Source of the DNA: Rhizophagus irregularis
Lineage: Eukaryota
Assembly: GCF_026210795.1 (NCBI RefSeq)
Contig: NC_089429.1
Span: 6,634,001 to 6,698,000, forward strand
Direction: 5' to 3'
DNA length: 64,000 nucleotides
This document shows positions 12,960 through 26,990 of the stretch, one piece after another. A program made the position numbers and the translations under genes. Numbering within the stretch: the stretch's first letter is position 1; each line of letters starts with the position of its first letter. A model generated the notes under the pieces. The model had not been told where the DNA came from. It saw nothing but the letters and a program-made list of their open reading frames with translations, and did not search any database.

Positions 12960-14430
12960 ACCACTTTCAATTCATATACCCTTCACCGTTTCCAAAAGAT
13001 AAAAAAGAAAAAAAATACGTCAAACAACAATTATTGTTACACTCAAAACACCTTGATTCCAACTTCAATAAGGAATTTGACGTTCCTTCCACACCACATG
13101 ACCAAAAATAAATAGATCATTATCCATTAACTCGTATATTTCCCTATCTTCTCTAGCTAGATAGATAAAAAAGAAATAAATACATTAACCGTTACCCCTT
13201 TCGTTTTCTCTTTCCCTTTCATTTCCCCGAATATCAACACGTTCATATAAATCACGTGACCAGAATGAACACACTACCCATCAATCTAAGTATTTTCTTT
13301 ATCTCCCTAACTACACGAAAAATAAAAATACATCCCAATAATTCTCGTTACACATTAAACACTCTTGATCTCAATTTCATCAATAAGGAATTTAATAGTA
13401 AAAAAGAACAACATACACCAAATAATAATTTTCGTTCCATAAACACTTGATTTCGACTTCATAAAAAGTAGCGTTCCCTTCCAAGCTAAGACATAAAAAC
13501 TACATATATAACATACCTCAATTATACGCTATCCACCAACTCACACACCTTACCTTCGCCATCTCCTTTAACGGCAAATACATCAAATAATAATCCTCGC
13601 CGCACACTCTTGATTTCAACTTCGTCAATAAAAGAATTTAACGTCCCTCCGTCAAAGTATATATTATCCATATATACAATATCCATCAATTCATATATTT
13701 TCCCATCTTCTTTAACAACACATGATAAAAGGAAAAAATACATCAAATAATATTCTTCATCACACGTCAGACAACTTGATCTCAACTTCACAAGAATTTA
13801 ACGTTCCTTCCAAGCTAAGCACTAATATTACACGTTCCCCTATTATAACGCATGCGTGAACTCATAACCTTCCCCATCTTCTTAACTACAAATACATCAA
13901 ATAACAATTCTTGTTGTGCATCAAACATTTTTGATCTCAATTTCATCAACAAGGGATTTAACGTTCCCTACAAGACAAAAAAATAAATAACGATCCTACT
14001 ATACACTATCCGTCTATCCAATATTTTTTTCATCTTCCCTAACTATAGAAGACAAAAAAAGAAAAAATACATCGAATAATAATCGATGCTACACATCAAA
14101 CACTACTGATCTCGTTCCTTCCACATTATATGATCAGGGAATAAATAGAACATATTCTATTATATGCTACCCATCAACTCGTACACCTTCCAATCTCTTT
14201 TAACTACAAATACATCAAATAATAATCCTCGTCTCACGCTAAACACCTGGTAACAATTTATAGAAAATTTACTATTCCTTCCAAACTAAGACATAAATAC
14301 TACACACTCTATTATACGCTACCTATCAACTCATATTTTCACATCTTCGCTAACTGCACAAGATAAGAAAGAAAAAAATACATCAAATTATATTCCTCAT
14401 TACACGCAAAACACTCTAGATCTTCATTAA
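12960..14430. repeat. Degenerate tandem array of roughly 130-150 bp units (about 10 copies)
   Basis: Recurring blocks AAATACATCAAATAATA, CTTGATYTCAAYTTC and AAGRAATTTAACGTTCC across the interval. Confidence 0.75.
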
Positions 14431-17400
14431 GACCGTGCACTATAACCATGCAGGCGCAATAACACGAAATCCTTTTCAACTATTGCATCAACAGCTTTAC
14501 AAAAGATCCTACAGTTGCAAATTTTTCAAAAATAACTTTGGTAACAAGTTTAAGACGATTAATTTCACAATTAGCTTCTCTAATGAGATCGTTTCACATT
14601 TGTAAATTCTCTTTTCTTGCAGTTTTCTTGATCTGACTTGTTCATTTGAGGTATCCTGAACACCATCATGATCACCAGCAAATATACGGTATACCATCGA
14701 TTTAATCCCTTAATATGTGTTTTTTTTGTAGTCTCTTTTGTACTCAAAGCTTTATTGATTGAAAAAAACAAGTAATCGACTTATTTTTTAGTGATATTTT
14801 GTTAGACAAAATTTTTTCGTTCTGAGTACCAACTCGCATTAAACTCAATCACTTGTATTTGTATAATGATGTTTTACTAACTCCGGTAGTTAACAATGAA
14901 GCCATTAAATTCGAACCATTATTTAAATTTTGATTAACTTAATCTCCGAGATCTTTGCGATATGTTCTGCCAATAATTGCTCGGTTTAGATGAAACGACT
15001 GCAGTAATTGCATCGGAAAGTTTCTTAATAGGAGCTTTAGATTTAGAGGCTTTTGATTTTTGAGTCTTAGGAGAAATTTTAACTAGTTCTAACTAGTTCT
15101 AACGAACTTTAAACAGCTGATCCTCATTAGAATAAGTCCTATCTTTCCGACCACAACGAAGGCTATGATCCCCGTGACGTTTGACGAGAAATCATGAAGG
15201 TTTTACCAAGTAAAGTGGCTTTCTTTACTTTTGAGGTATTTCTTTTGATTCTGGCCAGTCTTATTGGATCTACTATGATATTAGAAGCATCATTTTCTTC
15301 AACCTTTAAGGGATTATTAGTTTTCTTGAACTTTACTGGGAGTAATACTACTTCGGTACCTTTTTTATTGTCATCATCCACATTCTGTTTTTTTTTTGAT
15401 CGGACGGTATAATGCCATAATTTCCATTTCTTTTTGTATTTTAATAATTGTAATTCTGTTATTCAGTTAATCGCACCTGTTGAATTTGATTTGAACAATA
15501 GTGCCAACTACGAAATTATTATTCAAAAAAATTAACATATAATTTCTTTTATTTACTAGGCTTTGTAGTTATTTTAAAGGTGAAGGGTATGTCCATTATG
15601 GAAATTTCAAAACAACGTGAAGAACGAAAGTATTGGCTCATCATATCAGATATTGTGTTATTTGTGTAATGAGATTTGCCGATCATTATGACAAAATTTG
15701 ACCATAACCACATGATTAATTCGATGTACTAGAATATACCATAAGTATGCTAGCCTTTGCTTTCACACTCCAACTTTTAACAATTCGCACAATTAACATG
15801 GAATAGGTTTTTTTTTATCTATTTTAAAAGAAATTTTTATATGTAGATAGTATTTTCTAACCTTTAGTGATTTTTTAATGAATTTTTTTTACGCTTTGAT
15901 ATAGCAAATTAGTTCTTTGATTTCTTTTTGCTACTATAATGTACCGACAACGTCCACATTCACAAGTTCCAATAATATATATAACTTTGACCAACTATTT
16001 AACTATTTGACATTATCTCTATTCATAATAGAAAACTATTAGTCCCTTTTATCAATGACATAATTAATGTAATCAATGTTATCACATAATTTTTTATTGA
16101 TCAAAATGGAAAGAAATTCAATTTAAACTTTTTTTTCCAACCATTAATATGTTCGTTCGTATAAATTATCAACATGACAAGAGAATGAAATAGTCAACTT
16201 ACCGATAGTGTGATTTCGACCCAATACAATGAAGAAAAAGTATTTGCTATTTGATAACGGGATACAAGACAGTGGGCGAAAATCTGATGGAATTTTTGCA
16301 AAGGAAACATGCTATTTTATGTACTTTTTATGTACTGTAGAATTATGCCATCTTTAGACCGAGAGAATAAAGAGTATAGCGGAAGAAATCACTTTTTTTG
16401 TCTTTACTGCTGTCACAAAAGATAATGACGTGAAGTTACATTGATTGAATAATCTTTAAGTTAGCCAACCTCCTTGCTAGAATATGACAATTTTTTATTA
16501 TTATTACTAGTTGTAAAAAATAGAGCTTTTATATACGTTATCACAAATCCCATTATTAAGATTTATTATTAAATTGGACGAAAGTATGATGAAACAAATA
16601 ATGATGATAAAGTAGAGCAATGATGAATATTTATAATTCGAGGCTTCGTAGAGTATTTACAAGTAAGTTAAATTTTTAATTGATACTTAATGGATTATTG
16701 TACAAGAGCCCTCTGCGTTAGTAGTATTGACAAATTATACTTTCTTCATTTGAATCGGATAGTACTATTGTTGAATTTCAATTGCAACAACAAATACGTT
16801 TAAGTAGAACGACTTTCAATGCATGAAGATTATTTAAATATTTATTTTATGCTAAATCTTTGGACAAATTGATTCAGTAATGCGTATTCAGGATCTTAAT
16901 CATGCTAGGAAATTATTGTTAAGACCGATTGTCATTTAGCGCATCAGTTCGATATTTAGTTTCTTTAACTGTTTAAGAACGATGGATGATAAGAACGATG
17001 AATGATGTCGAGCATATAGAACTTTCCTTCATCACACTGAAAGAACTTTTGATTTATATTTTAATATATGTAATTTATTTTTTATTGGAACTAAATAGAA
17101 TTCGATTATGTAAAATGGATTAACCAAGATTAATACACGTGTAGCGAATAAGGTGAATGTAGAGATGCTAGGAGTCAAAAAGAATGAAGATGTAGTGCCT
17201 CAGTTAACGTCAGAAGAGGAGGTTGTTGGATTATAGAGTATGTGTATTCGAAAATTAATAAAGAAGTTCAATCAATATCATCGAAATTGAAAGTGGTGAT
17301 GCTGTTACAAAAAATAAAAATAAAATGGATGATGTAGATTTGAAATTAATGGAATATCAACAGAAGCGGGCGATCAAATGGAATGGGAGGCGATCGAACG

Positions 17401-17519
17401 GGAGGCAATAAAGAAAGTGGGAATAAATAGATATGATATTAGTCCGGAGACTATAGGAGAGCGAATTTTAAAAGGGTTGGTGTAGAGATCATACGTATAG
17501 CAGAACAACATGATGTAGT

Positions 17520-17950
17520 TCAAAAATAACACGCGTTGAATAAAAACTTCACCAAACGCCTTAATAATGAAAATTGGAATACAGATTTAGTTAGTAATTG
17601 TGAAAAGAGGTTACAAAGTAGTCCTAAGGATAAGGTAATAACGAAAAGATGGAGGGTCGGTGAGAAATAAGGAAAGCAGAATCGATTTAAATAAATTTTT
17701 TGAAGTCACGCGATTCCACGTATTATACTCCCTTGTAGCAAATTGGATAAAAGAAAGTTGAGATGCAATTGATACCAATTTGATTATGCGTTCATTTAAA
17801 TATTGTGGCAAATGCGATAGATGGCACGGAAGATGGTTTAATATTTAATTTTAATAAAGTACAAAAAATAAATAATAAAGGGAGAGGAATTGAAGCAGAT
17901 GATGAAAGTCACGAAGAAAGTAGCGATAGTGATTATGAAACGAAGTTACA
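17520..17950 (+). mobile_element. pogo/Tc1-mariner (DDE_1) transposase C-terminal relic
   Basis: Reads YSLVANWIKES*DAIDTNLIMRSFKYCG / NAIDGTEDGLIFNFNK then an acidic tail, matching the pogo-type W..W..I..SFK.CG..DG.ED end; contains a stop and a frameshift. Confidence 0.7.
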
Positions 17951-17999
17951 GTAAAAGTTACAAAAAAACTATATACTAGTAACCAAAAAAAACTGATAA

Positions 18000-19425
18000 C
18001 CAAGCCGCGGGGATGCTATAAAAGTACAGCCGAGGTAAAAGAAAAAGGAACCGAGAAATAAAACAATTAATTAGCTATATTGGTAGGATTAAAAGTAAAT
18101 AAAAATCAAATCATAAAAAAAACTATTAAACTCCATATCTTCAAATAAAAGACTATCTCTATGGGATTCCCAGTTGCCTGAATGTAAAAAATTACTAGAC
18201 GCCCATCGATCGCGTGGTTGATTCTGGAGGTTTCTTTACGATCACGTTTAAAAAATTGGCGGTAGCGCCTTGTGTTGTTTCCCATGGTTTAAAGTTGTTA
18301 GCACGTTCCGTCCAAATAACGGAGTTTAGTTCTTGCATGAACGGGATAATAAGTCCTTTGAAGGCCGTGTCACGGCTTTTTGTTTGTCGATGTAGTTGTA
18401 AAATAAGGTCGTAAGATCAGCAGGCATAAATTGGTGTAGCAAGGGTGATCAATAGATAAAGCATTAGTATTTGCATCTTCTATTGCAAGGTTTAGAGTTT
18501 GGATCCGTTGTTTGAACGGATATTAATAAATTGGATGATTATTCAGATTTAAAAATAAATATCTGAAGATTTAAATAGTTTAGCGGGTAGTCATTAAGCC
18601 AATGATCAACCTTAATGATAAAAGTTTAAAAAATTCATTTCGTAATGTTGGAGTAATGGAATTAGAATTTAATATCCGACGGATATCCGGATATCGGATA
18701 TCCAAAATGTAATTTGCGTATAGCGAGCCTATTACTATACATAAAATTGAAATTAATTTCATGACTAAACCATCAATTCTGCAAAGAATATTTATTCCAA
18801 AATTTTTTGGTTCAAACACATATTCGTAATTATAAATTACAATTTTACTGAAAGTCCTACCGGATAACGGATCCAAACTCTAGCAAGGTTGAACGTTCTT
18901 GAAGTTTCGATCCTATGTTGTAAGTCAAAGATTGAACCAGTAGCGTGTTTGTTGATAATGCTGTAAAGTGGAATTAATTTTATTAAAGTGAGTAGTGCTA
19001 CAGTCCACACATAATATAAGACCGCTGGGATAAAGTTTAGAATAACAGATAATGCATAGGACAATTGCAATGCGTTGGAGAATATCCGCCGTAGAATTCC
19101 GGTCTGTCGATCTCTTTGATTTGCGTATGAAACGATCTTGGCTTGAATTGAACTGGACTGGGTAAACGAAACTCAATTTCTTAATGCGAGTCCCTTGAGC
19201 GCGAGATAATTTTTCGTTTGTGGGCACGTCATAAGGATTATGGTTAATCCATAATTTGGTGTAATTCCAGTTTGTCTCCCTCTAGAATATTTCGTTCCAC
19301 CGTTTTGAGGACCGAATTGTTGACCAAAGAATTGAACACGTTTGCTTGGATAGGAATGTTACTCCATTTTCGTATATTTTGATCAATTACATAAATGAAA
19401 AAATTTCGGGAAAGCCATAAAATTA
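18000..19425 (-). mobile_element. Non-LTR retrotransposon (LINE) 3' relic, post-RNase H / Cys-rich C-terminal region
   Basis: Frameshifted translation IDQNIRKWSNIPIQANVFNSLVNN...NWNYTKLWINHNPYDVPT...TADILQR...KLYPSGLILCVDC...SSNFLHSGNWES; same ending (SNFLH) as the RNase H-bearing relic at 51-52 kb. Interrupted by a MITE. Confidence 0.65.
18493..18882. mobile_element. hAT MITE (390 bp) nested in the LINE relic
   Basis: Perfect 17-bp TIR TAGAGTTTGGATCCGTT / AACGGATCCAAACTCTA; perfect 8-bp TSD GCAAGGTT (18485-18492, 18883-18890); internal CGGATA repeats. Confidence 0.95.
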
Positions 19426-19429
19426 TGTA

Positions 19430-21079
19430 TCACGTGTATCACGTGATATAATCCGCAGTTCGAATGTTCGATCAACTATTTTAAACCGTTTTTTTTTCAT
19501 TCTTTCCCTTCGTACCTTTCGTCTCTCCCTCGTTCTTTCCTCTTCCTTCCCCCTTTACTTTTACATTTCCCTATTCTTTTCTTTCTCTTTCCCGCTTCTC
19601 GCACTTTTTGTTGAAAAAATCCTAGTTATCTTGTAAGTTTGTCTTTTTTCTTTAATTGTTTTATTTTAACGAACGATTTCTAATAGTTGTTTTCTTGCTT
19701 TCTTAGACGACTTGATTCTTCAGCTATTTTGACGCGTGGAAATAAGGTAGGAATTTTTTTTTTCTTTATTATCTATTTTAACGAAACGTTTTCTAACGTT
19801 TCAACTTTTTTCTTTTTTTTTAAGTTATTCAAATTTTTTTTTAATTTTGTTTTAACGAACAGTTTCTAACAGTTCGTTTACTTTCTTTTATCTCTTTGGG
19901 TATGGGATTTCTGGTATGATAGCTTTTTTTTTGTTTTTTCTTTTATTTTATTTAACGAACTTTATTAATAGTTCGTTTTTTCTTCTTTTAGGGTTTGCCA
20001 ATTCTCTTTGGAAATAAAAATGTGTCCGTCTCTTGTGGAAATAGAGGTAGGTTTTGGTTTTTTTAATAGTTTATTGTATTTTTTTTGTCGTCTTTGGTAC
20101 TAAATTTTCTTTTTTTTTTAGGCCTTGTCTATGTTCACCGTGGGATTTCGGTGAGAAATCAGACAATATTGATACTTCTTTAATATGTTTTCCTATATTT
20201 CCTTAATGAAACGTTTTTTAATAATTCGGGGTTCCCTTTTTTTTAGGCGACCGGATCTTAAAAGTGTTGGTATTGGAACTTTCTTTGAAATTATTCCTTT
20301 TAACTAACCGTTTTACTAATGTTTCGATATTTCTCCTTTTTTTTAGGCGACCGGATCTTTGAAAAATGTATTCGCATTAATTTAGTGTGATTACTACTCG
20401 CATTTTAAATTATTCCTTGATTGTTTCTCCCTTTTTAGACAGATTGTTCTTCAGGTATTTGTTGCATGGGAATTCGGTAGATTTTCTTTTTTTTTGAACT
20501 ACTTTTCTAACGAAACGCTTACTAACGTTTCGTTTTGCTTTTTCTAGTCGGGTATAGACGCGTGGAATTTAGTTTCGAACTTTGAAGAACATTGGATTAT
20601 TTCATTTTCTAGGCAGCCAGCTCTTCAAGTTTATTTTTTCTAGGGAAAGTTTTTCTTTAATAGTATTGGCGTCTACATCAAAAAAAGACGAAGAATGGTG
20701 GAGAAATGAACGCTTATGGGAATGCAAAGTGACTGCACGAAGAAAAGAAAAGAGGGAAGAAACTTGATTGCAAGGAAAGAGAGGAGTATTTAAATGAGGA
20801 TAGAGAAAATGTATTTTATAATTAAAGTTACAAATGTATTTTTATAATTAAATTTACAATTTATTTTATAATTAAATGTTACAATAATTTGCTACAATTT
20901 ATATTAAATGTATTGTAAAATTAATTGTCCGGAGCGAAGCGAAGGACAATATATGTCTACGCACTATGAAAAAAAATCGATCACGTGAATTTCTCTGTCT
21001 GCCACGTGATCGTAACCCAATAAAATCGCAAATTTTAGTTTTTCGCTCTGGACTTATTACAACGGTTCCCGTTTCCTAG
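19430..21079 (+). mobile_element. Putative non-autonomous Helitron-like element carrying a multi-micro-exon non-coding cassette
   Basis: Begins A|TC where LINE homology stops and ends CTAG|T just after a small hairpin AACGG-TTC-CCGTT; second hairpin ATTGTCC-GGAGCGAAGCGAA-GGACAAT at 20924-20950; interior is a run of GT..AG introns with tiny exons. Superfamily and left boundary are inferred. Confidence 0.4.
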
Positions 21080-22616
21080 TATTACAGTACATTATATACA
21101 AACCAGGTTAAGATGCTTGTTATTGGTCTGATCGATTATCAACTAAACCAATTATTTATAATTTATTTAAGGTTTATCTTACATTTTTAAAGGGGCATTT
21201 AAAAGAATAAAAACCATAATACCCGTGTTTTGTCATGAAACCATAAATCCGGTTTAGACAATTCTATAATTTGAGCGGCAGTATCCCCAGTGAAAAATTA
21301 AATTAATAACCAAATTTATTAATTTTTTTTTTATAATAAATAAATAAAAATAAATAATTATATATTATCTCTGCGGTGGAGTTTTGAAAGTGAGGTTTAG
21401 AGCAGCTGGTTTCGTTGGGTTTGAGGTAAAGTGTTGGGAAAGTGCTTTAGTTTGGTTTAGAAATAGTGTAGTGTTTGTTGTTGTTGTTTTTTTTTTTGAG
21501 AAGTGTGAAATGCGCAAGAGAAAATGGTAAATATTAATAAAGTATCTATATGTGGGTGTTGATGGAGTTTCATTGGCGCTAACGCTTGGTTACATATAAC
21601 TAATTTTTTTTAGTAACAATCTAAAACATTTGTTATTGGTTAAGCGGAAATTTTACAACTAATTTCATAACAAATTTCTAAATTAAATCGCCAAGTTTGG
21701 AATCAACCTATTCAAAAGTTTTAATATCAATAAAAAATTATATATATATAGTGAATGATTTCAAGAAAAATATTTTAAACTCTAACTTTCTCATTCGATG
21801 TTAAAAGAAATGGATTCTCTCATTTTTTCATTTTTATTTGGTTGCTCTTTCATCGTTAGTATTACTACTTATTTATCTTAATTCAATAATTTCTTATTAA
21901 AAATTAATATAATTTTTGATAAATTTAAGTGGAGCGGATGGGTCGATCCTCTCTGTCTTTTTGGCACACGAGTTATCTTGTGAAAGAGTAAGTTACGTCA
22001 ACGATACTGCAATTATTTTCTTTTTATTCAGGAGGTTAATCGAAGATAGAGCAAAAATCGTAAGATGGGGTACATCGGTATTGATTTAATTATTGATATT
22101 TTCGTAACGATTAGGTTGATCCAAATTTTAAAAAAAGGAATTCAAAATGCATCGGAATCAAATCAAATGACCAACAAAAAGATCACGAAAGAATAATATG
22201 TTTTATGCTGTAAATTACTAGAGTTATTTACAATTAGGATCAACCTTAACATTTAATATTTTAGCAGTAGTAGAAACAATTACTTGGTTAAAATATGGTA
22301 GTGTTCTAACAATCAGAATTTTCCAAACTCTTAACAATTTCCTTATCGTAAGTTATCATATAAGAGAAAATAATATTATTAAGATGATTGCCACAATCGA
22401 AAATCTCAAGTTGGAAGATTTTTGATAATAATTCTACTATTATATCAAATAAAAGAAATATGATTAGTCTTATTAGCATAGATAACGAAGAATTAACTGT
22501 AGTATAAATAATATAATTTTAGACAGATATTAATAATCATATCTCCGCGCTATTTGTCCGGAACTGCGGTGGATTACAAATACTATTAACTATTTCTTGT
22601 GATTTATAAACAAATA

Positions 22617-22813
22617 CAGTGACACCTCTATAAGTGCACCCTCTATAAGTGCACGCACTATATAAATTCTCTTTAAGTGCACGGTGGGCCTGGTCCCAAC
22701 TTATAAGAGCTCTTAATATTTTACTCTCTATAAATGCACACCCTCTCTAAGTGCACATTCTACTATTTTTTTACTATGGTCCCAAGGGGGGTGCACTTAG
22801 AGAGGTGTCACTG
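22617..22813. mobile_element. Tc1/mariner/pogo-type MITE (197 bp)
   Basis: TIR CAGTGACACCTCTATAAGTGCACCC / GGGTGCACTTAGAGAGGTGTCACTG (1 mismatch), TA on both sides, internal CTCTATAAGTGCAC repeats. Confidence 0.93.
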
Positions 22814-25800
22814 TAGAATGCTTGACCAATAATAATCTGTATGTACAGTACTCGACAATAATTTGATTATTTATTATTGGTTGATAAAATTTTTTCATAT
22901 GCATGCTTATGATGTATATCATTTTGACCAAAATGTTAGGATCAGTTTTTTTGACAGAAATGAGGAGAAAATTTTCCGCAAGCCGGAGATTTTTTTGTAA
23001 TTTGACCTATAAACAATCAGCTATTGAAAACTTTTCTTAAAATGTAAATATTTTTGGACAATATATTCACATACACTTGAAATGTGATCGTATTGTCAAT
23101 ACTATATTATTTTATGTTATAAATAAATATATACTAAATATATACTGAATTAAAAAATTCTTCCCACAAATTATCTATTTATGGCAAATATATTCATCCC
23201 ATGGCAACTTTGCAAAATTCCTAAATTTTGTATTAGCGTTAGATTTATTAAAACTAGTAATATAATAGTCTATTAAAAGCATAATAAAAAAAGCTATTAC
23301 AGTATATAAAATTACAAACGAATATAAATTTAAAATAGGTCGTAATAAAAGTCTATAATCGTCTAATAATATTTTTTTAAATTTTGCAAATATTATATAT
23401 TTATATTACGCTTATATTACTAATGTATGGTTTTATAATTCTATGTTTAGGCTTATGTCCAATATAGGAAAACGCGTGATATGTCTGCGCCTGATTTATT
23501 CTGTGTTTATCAGTTAAAATAATTCGTTTCTAATTCGAAAAAATTTTAGTTTCTTAATCATATTTCATTTAGGAGAACGTTAATTTTTTAATAAAATTAA
23601 TAATTCTTTTACTTTTAAAAGGCAGATACATTTGTGAGATACGAAGATACAATGAAAATTTACAAAAATAACATATGTACTATTCTTTTAATATTGTGCT
23701 TTATTTGTAACAATTTTTATTCATTTGGTTACATATAATTGGTTGTACTACAACAGGGCTTGGATGAGCTTCTTGTTAGCTTGTAGGCTGAGATATTGAG
23801 TAGGTATTATGGAAAGTTTTTTATAATATTAAATATCTAATAAGTATTATTTTTTAGAATAATAATCAAACTTTATAACTAAAGTTATTATATTTATTTT
23901 TATTAAAATCCAACTAAAGTCCTTAGAGAAGCTTAGCATTTTGCTGTTAAATATAAATAAACAAATAAATAATTGAGGCTAAGACTAATGAGGCTTATGC
24001 AAGAATGGATTGTTATGGGCCAATAATATTTTTCCACTCAACCATTAAATTTTTACTGCTTGTATTACATATTAAGTGTCAAATTGTAGTTGTATTTAAG
24101 AAATAATAATTTAGCATTAATGTAATTTAAATTTGTGGAATGAAGAGTAATTATTTTATTTACTACGATGTGCAATATTTTAACTTTATGTTCTTTATGT
24201 TTTTAATACAATTATTCCAAATACAATACATTGTATTTTTATTAAACCTTTCAAGTTCTTGGTATAATTTGACGATTCTAGCATTATAATATCTTTTCAA
24301 TTTCTCCAATGATTTAAAATTCTAACAAACATTTTTTAACCATAAATATCATTTTGACTTATTAAATGAAAAATAAGTAGAAAAAGAAAAATATATATAC
24401 GTAATTGTCCAAAATCACATGTAAACCAGCATGTCATGTATGACCAGAAATTAAATCTGGCTACATTTTTTGGTGGCGATGCTAAATAATTTATTTCCAG
24501 TCTGCGATCAAGCTTCAGACAGATTGTATCACCGATTGTATTACCGAGCTTTAAATTTTTTTTTTTCAATTTTTGTTTTTATAACCAATTTTTTTCTAAT
24601 ATTTTTTATTTTTTTTTTGACTTCTTTTTTCTAAAACTGAAATTTTTTTTTCATTATTTTTTTTACTAATATAGTTTTTTTTCAGGTTTTTTTTTAAACT
24701 TCAATTTTTTTTTCAGCTTTTTTTTTTAAAACTGATTTTTTTTTCGTTTTTTTCAGTTTGATTTCTAAAACCAAAATTTTTTTTAGTTTTTCTTTTTCGA
24801 TTTGTTTTTTTTAAATTGACTTTTTTCTCCTTTTATAATATATAAAGTTTTTTATATAATTTTTGAATGTTTTTTAGACTTGAATCTAGATCAGAATGAC
24901 ACGGCAGTATTACAGTAAGCACCTTTTTTTAGTTATAATTTTTTTTCTTGATTATTATTTTGAAAATATTTTTTTTCATCCTTTAAGTTTGGATAGTGGT
25001 TGGATCGATGCTGCGATGCTATATTAACTGTTAAGTGTCTTTTACTAAATTTTTTTTTAATAATATTTTTTTTCCTAATTATCTTTTTACTAATTTTTCT
25101 TCCTATTTTTTTTTTTTGTTCTTTACCTTTTATGTTTGGATCAAAGTTAGTGCTGTGATATAATCAAAATAAATATTTATATATTTTTTATTTGGATAAA
25201 TTTAATATATTTTTTTACTTAGTAAAAAGTCTTATATTAAGAATAAGAATGGAATATAATAGAGTCAGTCTAAATAGCTCGCATTTATTTTGATATTCAG
25301 TTCACTAATGGTAACTGATAATTGTCAATCAACAAAATTAAAAATAGTTTAGTATAATCAAGAACAGGTAAAAATAAATTAGAAAACTGGCTATAATAAA
25401 ATAAAACAGCTTATCCATATTTAGAGTGTCCGTACAGATCATATCTGTTTGAACAAGCTAATACAAATAGGAATACTTTAATGACTTAAATAATATAACT
25501 TTATTGTTTTATTTTTTGAGGCATAAGAATTTATGAGCTTTGAAAACTGGCCTAAAAGGAAAATATTCATTATTCGCCATTTGTTTAGTTGATTTTATTG
25601 AAGTACAGTGTAGTTACCACCAGTAATATAATTCACCACATATATTATTAGTAATTTATTTTGTATTATTCGTCAGGAAATTGCTGATATAAATATTCTT
25701 TATTATGGAATAAATAATAGTAATAATTCCGTAATTATATAAAATGTAATCCATAGTATTTTCATAAATCAAAAAATATTATTATCGTAACTTTAATGAA

Positions 25801-26489
25801 TATTGTAATTAATTAAATTAATTATCAAACATATTGTTACGATTAGTTTTCAAAGAACTATTTTTAATAGTTGATGGATATTGAATAAATTAATATAAGT
25901 AATATAAATAATATATGATATGATATTATTATTGTAGTTTATTTTAGTAAATTATAAAAGTATACTGTATAACTTAATACATTTTTCCAATTAGCTATCA
26001 AAAAAGAGGTACTAGTATGATTAACATTAATGATTGAACAAATTTTAGAAATAATACCATTACTATTGTGGTCAAAAAACTATATATTTTAGATGGAAAT
26101 AATCATGTGACCTTATACGTGGTATTACCATGTACTGTTCTAGCATATTCTCAAAAAAACTAATCATCTTTAAATGAATAATTTATGCAGTTTCATTTGA
26201 TATCTCTAAGATTTTATTATTTCATTAACATTAGCTCAGAATGTAATTTGTGGCTATGGATTTAGTTTTGATGTTATTTGTGGCAAAGTTCTGGTATTAT
26301 GGCTTTTTTTTATCATAGCCCAAATTATTATTTTGGATCTACCCTAAACCTGATTTATAAGTTTTGATTTATTTTATTTATTAAAAAAATTTTAAGTATA
26401 AATAGCCTTGAATTTTGCTATTCTAATTATTGATCCCCTTTCCTTTTGTTTTCTTTATTTCTTTTTTTCTTTTATATTTTATATATTGA

Positions 26490-26990
26490 GATAATATACA
26501 ATAAAACCTTATAACATGTGACTCTATCTAGTCATTAAACTTATTATATTATACCATAAATGGTTACCAGTGTGGTGTAGTTTCACATCAGGTAGCCTTT
26601 CTCTTCCCATAAGGGTGAATGTTTCATCATGTAATTAAACCAATAATTAAACCAAATAAAACCTTATGTTTACCAATTTAATAAACATTAAAATTTTATA
26701 ATTATTAAACAATAAAAAAACAAATGCTTAATAATATTAAATTTGATTATTTATTAAGTAAATTATTACATAATATACAATAAAAATCTTATAACATGTG
26801 ACTCTACCTAGTCATTATACTTATTATATTATACCTATATAAGTGGTTACCAGTGTGGTGTAGTTCTTCCCAAAAAGGTGAATTCTTCATCATGAAATTA
26901 AAACAATAATAAACATTAAAATTTTATACTTATTAAACAATAAAAAGAATAAATGCTTAATCATATTAAAATTGATTATTTATTAAGTAC
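26490..26990 (+). repeat. Two-copy tandem duplication (~280 bp and a shorter deleted copy)
   Basis: TAATATACAATAAAA...TTATAACATGTGACTCTA...GGTTACCAGTGTGGTGTAGTT occurs at ~26490 and ~26770. Confidence 0.9.

Noticed and set aside
14430..15420. Possible LINE ORF1/gag-like relic on the minus strand
   Set aside because: Lysine-rich fragments only; no diagnostic motif such as a CCHC knuckle could be read.
18580..18876. 98-aa ORF
   Set aside because: Lies inside the 390-bp MITE; no transposase motif.
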